Below are positions 52,496-64,000 of a stretch of DNA of 64,000 nucleotides, piece after piece. Source of the stretch: Octopus vulgaris (lineage: Eukaryota); assembly GCA_951406725.2 (NCBI GenBank), contig OX597814.1, positions 184,822,001 to 184,886,000 on the forward strand. The letters run 5' to 3'. The first letter of the stretch is position 1. Each line of letters begins with the position of its first letter. Below the pieces are notes generated by a model, which was not told the origin of the DNA, made no database searches, and saw only the letters and a program-made list of their open reading frames with translations. Made by a program: the position numbers and the translations under genes.

Positions 52496-53734
52496 TGAAA
52501 TAAATGTATAAAGTGTTTAAATCTAAATGAAATTAATGTAGGGGTGGTAAGGTGTATAATGATGTTGACTAGAATCCAAATTTGGAGAATCTAAGATGGC
52601 GGAATAACAAAAATCATAGAGCGTTAGACGAAATGGATTTTAGTAAAACATTTTAACTGTTTGAATCATAACGATTTGTTAGATAGGCATAAACGCCATA
52701 AATTTAATGGGGGAGATAACAGCTAGTGAAAGGTACCTTATATTCTTGATTCCTAGACGAATGAAAGTAAAAGCTGATCTTGGTGGAATTTGAACTCAAA
52801 ATGTAAAACAGCAAAGACAAACACAGCATCTCATTTTCTTCGACGTCTTAACGATTTTATCAAACAACAGTCCTTGTGTAACATAATAAAACAGAGAGTT
52901 TGATGAGCCTACGTTGGTTTCCCTAAGTGATCATTCGACATGCTAAAAGTCGTAACACTATCTTCCTCAAATGACCTTCAGCTGCTTCTAAAACAGTGCA
53001 CGCTGGATAATACAGTTCTGGCGTCAATGTAAATAGGAAAGAGATGGGATAATTAAGGTTGGTAGGCATTTGTCATAGATATACCTAATTTATGTTGGCA
53101 TGAGAATAAGCAACAACAATAAGAAAAAGTTCAAATTCAATAACAATTACTAAAGAGTTCAGTGAAATAAATTTTATACTGAATGCAAAAGGAAAAACGT
53201 AACGTTTGGAGTAGAGCCCTTGTTTTAGAGTGTGATAAACACCTTTCAATTATGTTATGTAATGGATTGGTAGAATCGTTAGGGAATCCAACAAAACTTG
53301 TATTTCTTCCGTTCTAAGCCAAACTTCTGCCGAATCTAACGTCGATCTCCATCTTTACGGGATAGAGAAAAATACGTGCGAGTCAAGTCCTAGAAATGAT
53401 GGTATCGACGAATCCCCCACCTTCTCGTATTTGTTGGTTTTGTGACTAAATCGGCAAACAGTTTGTTCGCCGAAATTATAAACAAAAGTCAAAGGCTCTT
53501 GTTTAGAATCAAAAGTCCAGGGTTCTTCCGACTGAGGAGAATCATAGGGTCCCAATGACCCTTGCACCTGTGAGTTGAGTGTGTTATGAACATATTTTAC
53601 TTGTAAAACCAGCAGCTGTTTTCAGTGGCATACACAATATCGATCGTATCTGCTAGTTCTTATGAAGAATGAATATAGAAATTATACATACATACATACA
53701 TACATATATTGTTGTTGTTGTTTTGTTGTTTGTT

Positions 53735-53990
53735 CTTTCTCGAGCCACGCCTGGGTCATAGGGATGGTTTCTCGATTTCCTTAGCGTATAGGTTACCCAC
53801 CTGGACGGGACGCCAGTCCGTCGCAGGTGAGCTGCAAGATGAAGGAGGAAAGAGTGCGAGAAAGTTGTGGCGAAAGAGTCAGTAGAAGTTCGCCATTACC
53901 TTCTTAGGTGTTTCGCTCATAAACTCACACATCGCCCGATCTCTCGACCGCGAGTCCGCTGCTCTAACCACTAAGCCATATGCCACCACA
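53735..53990 (-). mobile_element. SINE family C (deleted head) with a D-type tail
   Basis: Minus-strand TGGCTTAGTGGTTAGAGCAGCGGACTCGCGGTCG head; CTGCGACGGACTGGCGTCCCGTCCAG tail; (AAC)n end. Confidence 0.75.
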
Positions 53991-54676
53991 TATATATATA
54001 TATGTATAATGTATTGCCGAAAATTATAGAAAAGTAGCTTACAGCTGTAAAACCTGAAAATTCATCCTGTCATTTGCATTTCTTATGTGTTAAGCTTATT
54101 TCGTACGGAGCAAGGTAAACTTGTTGCGTCGAGTAACACACATTCATTAAATGCAAAGATTTAAATTACTAGCAGTACGTTAATAAAATTATCTAGTAAG
54201 TTGCTTTACAGACGATCCCTAAATACTATGTATTTTAAAGTTTGTTCCAGTAACTTAGTAGATGTACATTTGTAAACATAAACGGTGCGGATTTACAAAA
54301 TATTTGAAAACTGAAGTAAAAGTGTGATTATTGTTTTCACACACAATCTACCAAACATTCGAACAGCCAACAAGGAATATATGACAAATTTCAGTAGTAT
54401 AAAGGGTTAACTAATGATTACGGCTAAAATGAGAACGAAATCCTATATATATGGCTGCGTTTCAAATATCATTGTGAGCCTTAGATTTTACAATCTCATA
54501 GATTTAGGTGTGTGCTTTTTTATGATTAGAGTGTAATGGTTATCTTTTCATAGTTGTGATCGAGAGGTAAAAGACAAGGAAACAGTTACTAGGATCAATA
54601 GATTTCTTATTAATTATCTCTGATACTTTAATTTTCTCAAAATATCAGATAACTTTAATGGTTCAGTCTAAATATG

Positions 54677-54744
<68 letters not shown>

Positions 54745-54913
54745 CATACACAAATATATCCATATGTTCTATTTTTCCGACATCCAAAGCTAAAATTATA
54801 TTTAAAGATATCTAACTACCATTCAAGTAAGCATTTATCAATTAATCTATCTATCTAATCTAAGTATATATTACCCATCTCTCTTGATTTTCTTCCCATC
54901 CTTTTCTCCCTTC

Positions 54914-54945
<32 letters not shown>

Positions 54946-55545
54946 ACGTATGTATATATATATGTATATAAATATGTATATGTGTATATATGTATGTATA
55001 TATATATATATATATTACATATATATATATGCACATAAATACGTATATTATATATATATATATATATACACGCGCGTATATGTATAGGAATGTAGGAATG
55101 TGTATATACAGGTGTACATAATTATTCATATACATTTATATATATGTATGTATATACGTATGTATGCATCCCTGACCCAACAAACCATTTATTTATATTT
55201 ACAACCTAATGATATCTTTTCTTCTCTTCCGTTTCTGCACCAGTTTTTCTTTTATTTCTTCCTTTCTCTATTTTCACATCAACATCTGTTAACCATTTAT
55301 ACAAAAATATACGTATGGGTCATTAAAAAGCAATCTAATACAACAAGGGTTGTTGTTGTTGTTGTTGTTGTTATTTTTGTCATGATCATTATTAATATTT
55401 TGCTTGTTGTTGATGACGATTACTTTTTTTATCTTTTAGAAAAAATACGAGGTATATGTATGTTTCTAATATAAAAAAGCTAGCTTTTATTACAAAGGAG
55501 CGAAAACGCCTAGGATTTCCAGCTTATCTTTTCATTTCTGTTTTC

Positions 55546-55599
<54 letters not shown>

Positions 55600-55647
55600 T
55601 ATATACACATACATATGTATACATATGTATACATACATATATATGTA

Positions 55648-55812
55648 GGCGTAGGAGTGGCTGTGTAGTAAGTACCTTGCTTACCAATCACATGGTTCCG
55701 GGTTCAGTCCCACTGCGTGCCACCTTGGGCAAGTGCCTTCTACTATAGCCTCGGGCCGACCAAAGCCCTGTGTGTGGATTTGGTAGACGGAAACTGAAAG
55801 AAGCCCATCGTA
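55648..55812 (+). mobile_element. SINE B 5' half
   Basis: Matches 2081-2245 and runs into (TA)n. Confidence 0.85.
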
Positions 55813-55833
55813 TATATGTATATATATACATAC

Positions 55834-55964
<131 letters not shown>

Positions 55965-55973
55965 CATATATAT

Positions 55974-57611
55974 GATTTTGATTTTGATTTTGATTTTGAT
56001 TTCGATTTTTCCAGTTTCAGCTCATGAGCTGTGGCCATGCTGGGGCACCGCCATTTGGTTTGCTACATGATTTTACCTCACGTATGCTTTTTAGCAACTG
56101 CCATTTGGTGCATGAGAGAGTTCGATGCAGCTGCCCTCATCTGCACCTCCTGCCGTGAAGTTGGTTCATCCGGGACACCTGACAGGAAGAGATCCTGTCC
56201 TACTTTAAAGACATCCGCATCTACACCATGCAGGTCCCTCAGGTTCTTCGGGAGGATATTGAAGAGCTGTGGGCCTCTGAAGCCCAGGCTATCACAGTAT
56301 CTTGTCCTACATCTTGATGGCAAATTTGGAGTCCTTGGTACTACGCAGTGGCGCCCGGTTCTGGCATTTGTGTGACTCTCGATGCCAAAGTTTGGGACAA
56401 GTCCTTCCAGGATCTTCCAGATATATATTATGGTATATCTTTCTCGCCTACGCTCCAGGGAATAGAGCTTTAATCTCTTGAGTCTTTCCCAGTAGCTTAT
56501 ATGCTGCACAGAGGCTATCTTATTCGTGTAGCTTCGTTGGATCGCCTCAAGTTCTGTGATCAACTTGACACTGGATGATGACCATAGCTGAGAGCAATAG
56601 TCAAAGTGGCTTAGGACAAGTGTCTTCCAGAGGACCATCATGGTTTCTTGTTCTCTTGTTCTAAAGGTTCTAAGAATCCATCCGGCCAGCCGTCTACATT
56701 TCATTGCCAGTTTAGCAACATGTACACGAAAGGTCGCGTCATCACTCATGTGAATACCCAGGTCACGCACTGATTGTGCCTCTGAGATTGCAATCCCTCC
56801 GGGTCCAGTGTATTCATTGGTTATTGCATTCAGTTTGGCATGCTGATAGCATAAAGCTTGAAACTTTTCAGCATTGAACTGCATGCTATTCTTTTCAGCC
56901 CACTTGTATATTTTGTCCAGCTCACATTGCAGGTGCTTAGTGTCTTCAGGGTTCTGTATTGCCTGTGAAACTTTTGTATCATCTGCATAACTTGTGATCG
57001 TGGCTCTCTGCGTGGCTGAGGGCATGTCTGAGAGGGCCATTATGAACAGTAGTGGTCCCAAAACAGTGCCCTGCGGAACACCGCTCACTATTTGCGTGTT
57101 AATGGAAGTGGCCCCATTGGCTACTACCACCTGACTTCTATTCTTCAGAAAGTCATGAAGCCATTCTCCCAATTTTCCAACTATGCCAAGATCACGCAGT
57201 TTGTGACATATCATTCTATGATCGACTTTATCAAAGGCCTTTGCAAAGTCGAGATATATCACTTCCACATTTGAGTGGTTGAGCAGTCGTTTCATCACCC
57301 AGTCATAGTGTTAAGCAGCTTCTTCCTGGTCGGAAACCATGTTGGGTGTCAGGCAGCAAGTCATTTTCTTCAAGGAAGGTGATTCGTTTCCTTCTGACTA
57401 TTCGTTCCATGACCTTGCTGATGTGTGAGGTCAGAGAGATAGGTCTGTAGTTCTTGGCCTCCGCTCTGCTACCTCATTTATGAATAGGGCATATTTTACC
57501 TTCCTTCAGTTTTCTTGGAAGTTTGCCAGTTGCAAGGAAGCTCTGAAAGAGAGACTGCAGATGTCTTGCTAGGACTCTCTTACATACTTTTAGAAGGATT
57601 GCCGGGAATCC
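55974..57611 (-). mobile_element. 5'-truncated CR1-group LINE (non-LTR retrotransposon)
   Basis: RT motifs NYRPISLTS, QHGFRPGRSC, YLDFAKAFD, SGVPQGTVLGPLLF, YADDTK; short 3' UTR; (AAAATC)n tail; inserted in (TA)n. Confidence 0.92.
56078..57298 (-). pseudogene. LINE ORF2 reverse transcriptase C-terminal portion (406 aa open; upstream part has a stop and a frame break; no endonuclease domain)
   Basis: ORF track: LDFAKAFD, GVPQG, YADD, RDLG, ERLKRLKLYSLERRRER. Confidence 0.9.
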
Positions 57612-57653
57612 ATATATATATACGTATATATATGTGTATACATATATAAACAT

Positions 57654-58018
57654 GTGGCAGTGCAATGGCCCGATGGCTAGGGCAGTGGACTCGCGGTCAT
57701 AGGATCGCGGTTTCGATTCCCAAACCGGACTTTGTGAGTGTTTATTAAGCGGAAACACCTAAAGTTCCACGAGGCTCCGGCAGGGGGATGTGGTGGCGAA
57801 CACTGTTGTATTCTTTCACCACAACTTTCTCTCAATCTTTCTTCTTGTTTCTGTTGTACCTGTATTTCAAAGGGTTAACCTTTTCACACACCGTGTCACG
57901 CTGAATCTTCCCCGAGATCCTGTGTAGTGCTCAGCCACTTGCACGTTAATTTCCTGGGCTGGCTGCTCTGCTCATCAGATCAACTGGAACCCTTGCCGTC
58001 GCAACCGACGAAATACCA
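57654..58018 (+). mobile_element. SINE family C with an alternative long tail
   Basis: C head; tail CCTGTATTTCAAAGGG...CAACTGGAACCC shared with the D copy at 59044-59362. Confidence 0.75.
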
Positions 58019-58360
58019 CGCATAAACATACTATATATATACATATATATTTATACACACACACACACGCACACACTCATATATATGTCTTGATTGTATA
58101 TCTTCTTTCCTTTTTGCCCGTTATTCTTTCCATAATTGATAATTAAATAATGTATATCGGGATAAAATGATAAAAACTATTAAACAACATCTAATACCTT
58201 TCTCGATTCTCTTCAGTACCAATAAAAAAGAATCACATGTATCATAAAAACGTGTGTGGGGGTGAACGGGTGAGTGAATGCGATATATATGAGTATGTGT
58301 ATGTCTGTGTAAGTGTGTGTGTGTGTGATATAATGTCAAAATTGGTTAGATGTTTAAGAA

Positions 58361-58795
58361 AGGCGCAGGAGTAGCTATGTGGTAAGTAGCTTGCTTACCA
58401 ACCACATAGCTCCAGGTTCAGTCCGGGCAAGTGTCTTGTACTATAACCTCGGGCTGACCAAGGCCTTGTGAGTGGATTTGGTAGACAGCAACTGAAAGAA
58501 ACCCGTCGTATATATGTATATATGCCGGTAAGCCTTTTGCCCGGCGTACTAACGTTTCTGCTAGTTCACCGCCTTGCATATAAGAACATTTTTTTCTAAT
58601 CTAGGCACAAGGACCGAAAATTTGGGGGAGGGGTCCAGTAGATTAGATCGACCCGGTACGCAATTGGTACTTCATTTATCGATCCCGAAAGGACGAAAGG
58701 CAAACTCGACATCGGCGGAATTTGAACGTAAAGACAGACGAAATGCCACTAAGCATTTCGCCCGGCGTGCTAACATTTCTGTAGGCTCAACACCT
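58361..58795. mobile_element. SINE B 5' half (+) followed by SINE A copies (-)
   Basis: B head at 58362; CCTTGCATATAAGAAC duplicated at about 58572 and 58793. Confidence 0.75.
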
Positions 58796-59043
58796 TGCAT
58801 ATAAGAACTATATTAACTTCAAACTGTCGCTATAAAGGCGTCCAAATGTATTTTCTCATACGTTGCTTTATGTTAGGTGTCATTTTAAATGAAAACATCG
58901 AACCATTATTTGCAATTCTTTCCTTCGTGCTCATCAACACAGTTCTCTCATTGAAGGTTGGATGGACGAAATTTGTATTGCATTGCAGCCTTATGCACAC
59001 ACATATAAACACACACAAATATTTATTAGTTAATATACAATAA

Positions 59044-59362
59044 GTGGCACGCCATCGCATACGACAACGTGGGTTCCAGTTGCTCCGATCAACGGAACAG
59101 CCTCCTCGTGAAATGAACCTGTGACTGAATACTTCATAGATACGTGTACCTTTAACGCAGTTCTCGGGGAGATTCAGCGCAACGGAAAATGTGACAAGGC
59201 TGGCCCTTTGAAATACAGGCACTACTCATTTTTGCCAGCTGAGTGGAGTGGAGCAATATGAAATAAAGTGTCTTGCTGAAGGACACAACGCTTCGTCGGG
59301 AAGAGAACTCACGATTTTATGATTGTCAACCGAATACCCTAACCACTAAGCCACGTGCCTTC
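59044..59362 (-). mobile_element. SINE family D with an alternative tail
   Basis: Minus-strand GGCACGTGGCTTAGTGGTTAGGG head and CACTCAGCTGGCAAAAATGAGTA core. Confidence 0.75.
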
Positions 59363-59680
59363 ATATAATCTACAATGTATATAAAATATACAGTAATTAT
59401 TATTTACAATATATGTATAGAGAGAGAAGCGGAGAGAGAGAGAGACAGAGAAAGGGAAAGAGTGGGAAAGAGTAGAGAGAGATTGAGACAAATCCAAAGT
59501 AGACACCACTACGAGCGAAATCATGACATTTGATGCAATTAAATACTTCATTTAGTATTTAGTAGACATACCTAGTGCAGTTTCTAATGATTTAACCCAT
59601 TTAGGCATCGTACTAATGAGTACTATCTGCACAATTAAAACAGAATAATGAGGGGTATCTATTTACTTCTGCGATGTCTC

Positions 59681-59758
<78 letters not shown>

Positions 59759-60454
59759 CGCACTCACACTCACAAATGTATATATGTACGAACATACGCA
59801 CACACGTACATATTTATACATGGATATATTTACTGTGTGTGGCGACTTGTCATATATTCTTCGTTGGTTGTTCAATGTTAGGTACATTGCGTGTGAACTA
59901 CAATGTCAACACTAAAATTTAATTAAGTTTTCAAATATTTTATTATGCCGTATCGTTTATATTTACAAGTGTACAGCCAATAAATTAATGGAACAACGTT
60001 CAGCGGACTTAGAAATCTTCTGTAATACAATTTGCTAAGATAACATTATGAGAAAGTAGTGCAAGGAATTTAAATCACTGCGTTACGCGGCGCTACAACA
60101 TAAGGTTGTTGACTTTTGTTGAGTACGACATAAGCATGTTACATAAGAAAAGTGAAACAGAGGAAGAGACCACCTCACTGAGACATCACATAAGTTGAAT
60201 TCGCTGGTTTTTTACAGCTGTAAGCTATCATTCTAGAACCTTCAGCATAATCTTTGGACGGGAAAGCTCTCAAACTTCCTTTTGATGCGTTCGTCAGTCT
60301 TAATAAGCCAGCTAGTACTGACTGCGAGAGCCATATTCACACAGGCGTCAATATATTTTATAATGGCACTTTACTTTTTATGGAGATAACGTAAGTCATA
60401 GTTCTGGACTACGACTATGGTTTAACACTCAACAGAATCCCTTCTTATTTATTT

Positions 60455-60717
60455 ATTTATTGCCCACAAGGGGCTAAACGCAGAGGGGACAAACAAGGAC
60501 AGACAAAGGGATTAAGTCAATTACATCGACCGCAGTATGTAACTGGTACTTAATTTATCGACCCCGAAAGGATGACAGGTAAAGTCGACCTTGGCGGAAT
60601 TTGAACTCAGAGCGTAACGGCAGACGAAATTCCGCTAAGCATTTCGCCCGGCGTGCTAACGTTTCTGTCTTTCTACACAAACAAGCACTCACACTCATAC
60701 ACGCCCCCCCACACACA

Positions 60718-60765
<48 letters not shown>

Positions 60766-60970
60766 GGCCGTATGTGTGTCTATGCGTGCGTTGGTTCCAA
60801 ATTTTAGCACAGGTCCAACAAGTTGGGGTTAGCGGGTAAGTCCATTACATCGAACCGAGTATTCAAATGCTACTTATTTTATCGAATCCGAATGGAGGAG
60901 AACGTAAAGATGGAAGAAATATCACTAAGCATTTTGTCTGGTGCTGTAACGATTCTGCCAGCTCGCTGCC
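60455..60970 (-). mobile_element. Two SINE A copies (60455-60668 and a diverged 60800-60970)
   Basis: Family A motifs on the minus strand. Confidence 0.75.
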
Positions 60971-61992
60971 TTTATATTTGTTAAATGTTTGTAAGTGTCC
61001 GAGTATGTGCGTGTGTCAGTATGTTCATGAATGTGTATATGTATGTGTGTATGTGCGCGTATGTGTTTATATATATATATATATATATATATGAGGGAGT
61101 GCTTTGGGTGTGTGTGTCTGTATCTGTGTGTATGTGTGTGTGTGTCTGTGTGTCTGTGTGTGTCTGTGTGCGTATGGGCATGTATGCATAACTTGTCTGG
61201 CTTAATTAACCCAATCCTCTTCCAACGTAAAATGATGTTGCCAAGAGGAAAAAAAAAATCAATTCATGTCGAAGATTAATTTTTGCAACCAAACTACAAT
61301 GACAGCTTTATCTAAAACCATCCAGACATCCAATACATACGAAACCATTAGCTTAAGCACACATCTATGCACACATCCATACTCCTCACATCCCTTTTGA
61401 GTTGGATACACTAACTCATAAGTATAATGACATTAAGCAATTAAAATAAAACGTTTTTATAATAAAACATGAAGAACAGTGACAGAATTATTTTTAGTGT
61501 TATAAAAAAATCTTCTTCCACATTGTTCAACCCTGCAAATCATGCTGAGTTATATGTCAAGAACAAAAATATTAAAGAACTTGAGGTCAAAATATTTAGG
61601 ATTGTACGTTGTCAAAATCTTTCAAATTAAAAGTTTGATGTCTGCTGCTGTATTCTAAAAAGAAGTTTTAATTCTTACCCTTTTAAAGATTTTGTTCTTT
61701 AATAAGCTTTCCTGTCGCCAATTGACAAATGTTTCAGTTAAATATTTCTTATACCCTTATTCGTCAGACGTTTGTCAATCATAGCAATTTTATAAATTTT
61801 GATATGTGATGACCTGGCGTGTGATGGTTCTATGTGTCGAAAGATATCTAATGGTTCAACATGTAATATCCAGTCATTAGTTGGATATTTGATAGATTCT
61901 TTAACCTTTAACCCATTTATTTATCATATTTCTGCTGAAATGTACTACTTTTGTGTCAATTAATCTTGAAAATAATGAAGAATATATATATA

Positions 61993-62831
61993 TTCTTTCT
62001 TACTCTGGGCACAAGGCCCGATATTTTTGGAAAGTATCAGTCGATTAGATTGATCCCAGTACGCAGGAGGGGGACAAGTCGATTATATTGACTCCAGTGT
62101 TTCACTAGTACTTAATTTATCGACCCCGCAAGGATGAAAGGGATCGGCGGAATTTGAACTCAGAACGTAAGGACAGACGAAGCACCGCTAAGCATTTAGC
62201 CCAGTGTGCTGACGTTTCTGCCAGATCCCCGCGTTGAAGAATATATATATTCTTTTCTACTCTAGGTACAAGGCCCCAAATTTTGGGGGAGGGGACCAGT
62301 CGAGTAGATCGACTTCAGTACGCAACTGGTACTTAATTTATCGACTCCGAAATGATGAAAGAGAAAGTCGACCTCGGTGAAATTTGAACTCAGAACGTAA
62401 AGACAGATGAAATACCTATTTCTTTACTATCACAAGGGGCTAAACACAGAGAGGACAAACAAGGACGGGCAAACGGATTAAGTCGATTATATCGACCCCA
62501 GTGCGTTACTGGTACTTATTTAATCGACCCCGAAAGGAAGAAAGGCAAAGTCGATCTCAGCGGTATTTGAACTCAGAACGTAACAGCAGATGAAATACCT
62601 GTTTCTTTATTACCCACAAGGGGCTGAACATAGAGGGGACAAACAAGGACAGACAACGGGATTAAGTCGATTACATCGACCCCAGTGCGTTGCTGGTACT
62701 TAATTTATCGACCCCGAAAGGATGAAAGGCAAAGTGGACCTCGGCGGAATTTGAACTCTGAGCGTAACGGCATACGAAATACGGCTACGCATTTAGCCCG
62801 GCATGCTAACGGTTCTGCCAGCTCGCCGCCT
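61993..62831 (-). mobile_element. SINE A copy plus SINE A trimer
   Basis: TTTGAACTC motifs at about 62152, 62383, 62566 and 62750; TGAAGAATATATAT occurs three times. Confidence 0.85.
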
Positions 62832-62914
62832 TGAAGAATATATATGTTATAAGAACTTTTGTTGTTATTAAGCTAGTGTTTGGAATAAAAATTAACATGG
62901 ATGTAAATTAGCGG

Positions 62915-63165
62915 GTGCAGGCGTGGCTGTGTTGTAATAAGCTTGCTTATTAACCACATGGTTCGGGGTTCAGTGGCACCATGGGTAAGCATCTTGTACT
63001 TTAGCCTGGAGCCGACCAAAGCCTTGTGGGTGGATTTGGTAGTCTTATTTTTTTCTTTTCAAGCCTTGTTTCTATCAGTTTCTTTTGGCAAACTGCTAAG
63101 TTACGGGGACATAAATACACCAACACCAGTTGTCAAGCAGTAATGGGGTGCACAAACACAGATAT
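62915..63165. mobile_element. Rearranged SINE B (5' half sense, 3' half antisense)
   Basis: Head to GATTTGGTAG, then CTAAGTTACGGGGAC...GTTGTCAAGC in reverse orientation. Confidence 0.6.
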
Positions 63166-63237
63166 ATACACACACATACGCGCATATAATATATATATGT
63201 ATATATATATATGTATGTATATAGATATACATGCATA

Positions 63238-63340
<103 letters not shown>

Positions 63341-63346
63341 TGAGCA

Positions 63347-63740
63347 GTGGAGGCGTGTGGCTTAGTGGTTAGGGTGTTGAACTCCTGATCGTAAGGTTGT
63401 AGTTTCGATTCCTGGACCAGACGATGCGTTGTGTTCTTGAGCAAAACACTTAATTTCACGTTGCTCCAGTCCACTCAGCTGGCAAAAATGAGTAATCCGT
63501 CCGGCAGGGGAATTTCTACGGTACTGAAACCGGGAAACCTGGCATGGCTTGAGAAGGAACATTTTATTTTATTCATGTTGAGCAAGCAACTTCTGCTATA
63601 TCCTCGGGTCGACCAAATCCTCTCACAAGTACTAGGCTTAAAAAGAAAAGGAAGTCCTGGGGTCGATTTGTTTGTCTAAATCCCTTCAGGGCAGTACCCC
63701 AGCATGACTGCAGTCAAATGTCTGAAACAAATAAAAGAAT
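63347..63740 (+). mobile_element. SINE D followed by an internally deleted SINE B
   Basis: D head at 63347; B tail CCCAGCATGACTGCAGTCAAATGTCTGAAAC at about 63698-63728. Confidence 0.75.
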
Positions 63741-64000
63741 GGAATTTTGCTGGTAGATTTTAATTTCGATCCCTTTAAAATAGAATTTGTATCAATAACT
63801 AGAAGTGGTCTCAAATAGGTTGTTATCCGAAAAAGGGTTAATGATTGGGTGTATTATGCTTGATAAGTAATGATCATATATGTTTTCGAATATGTAGTAC
63901 AGCACACTTCTTTGAAAAAATTACACAGAAAAGAAGCCTCATCGCTTCCAGTGAAGACCTAGTTAATTGTATGGAGGCTATTTCTGAACATCGATCTTTT

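Overview
Eukaryotic, AT-rich, microsatellite-saturated non-coding DNA. The repeat families strongly resemble an octopod cephalopod (Octopus sp.) genome, which is recognition from memory, not a database result. No host protein-coding exon can be supported: almost all track ORFs are translations of (TA)n, (CA)n, (ATT)n, (CAT)n, (GGT)n or (GAA)n tracts or of SINEs. Real content: four tRNA-headed SINE families (called A-D here, about 40 copies, many with target-site duplications, nested or multimerised), a 5'-truncated CR1-group LINE with a long RT-domain ORF (55974-57611), two decayed mariner elements, Helitron-like non-autonomous elements and older LINE 3' ends. The most interesting signal is a set of ORF-less elements carrying minimal type I hammerhead-ribozyme (HHR) motifs inserted in (TA)n. 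The best example is at 8906-9779: a 359-bp tandem unit with two HHRs with intact cores exactly one unit apart, plus a 257-bp inverted copy. This architecture is retrozyme/Penelope-like and would release a 359-nt, possibly circularisable RNA. Also notable: the SINE B 3' end matches the LINE 3' end with a covarying hairpin, and SINE heads and tails are swapped combinatorially.
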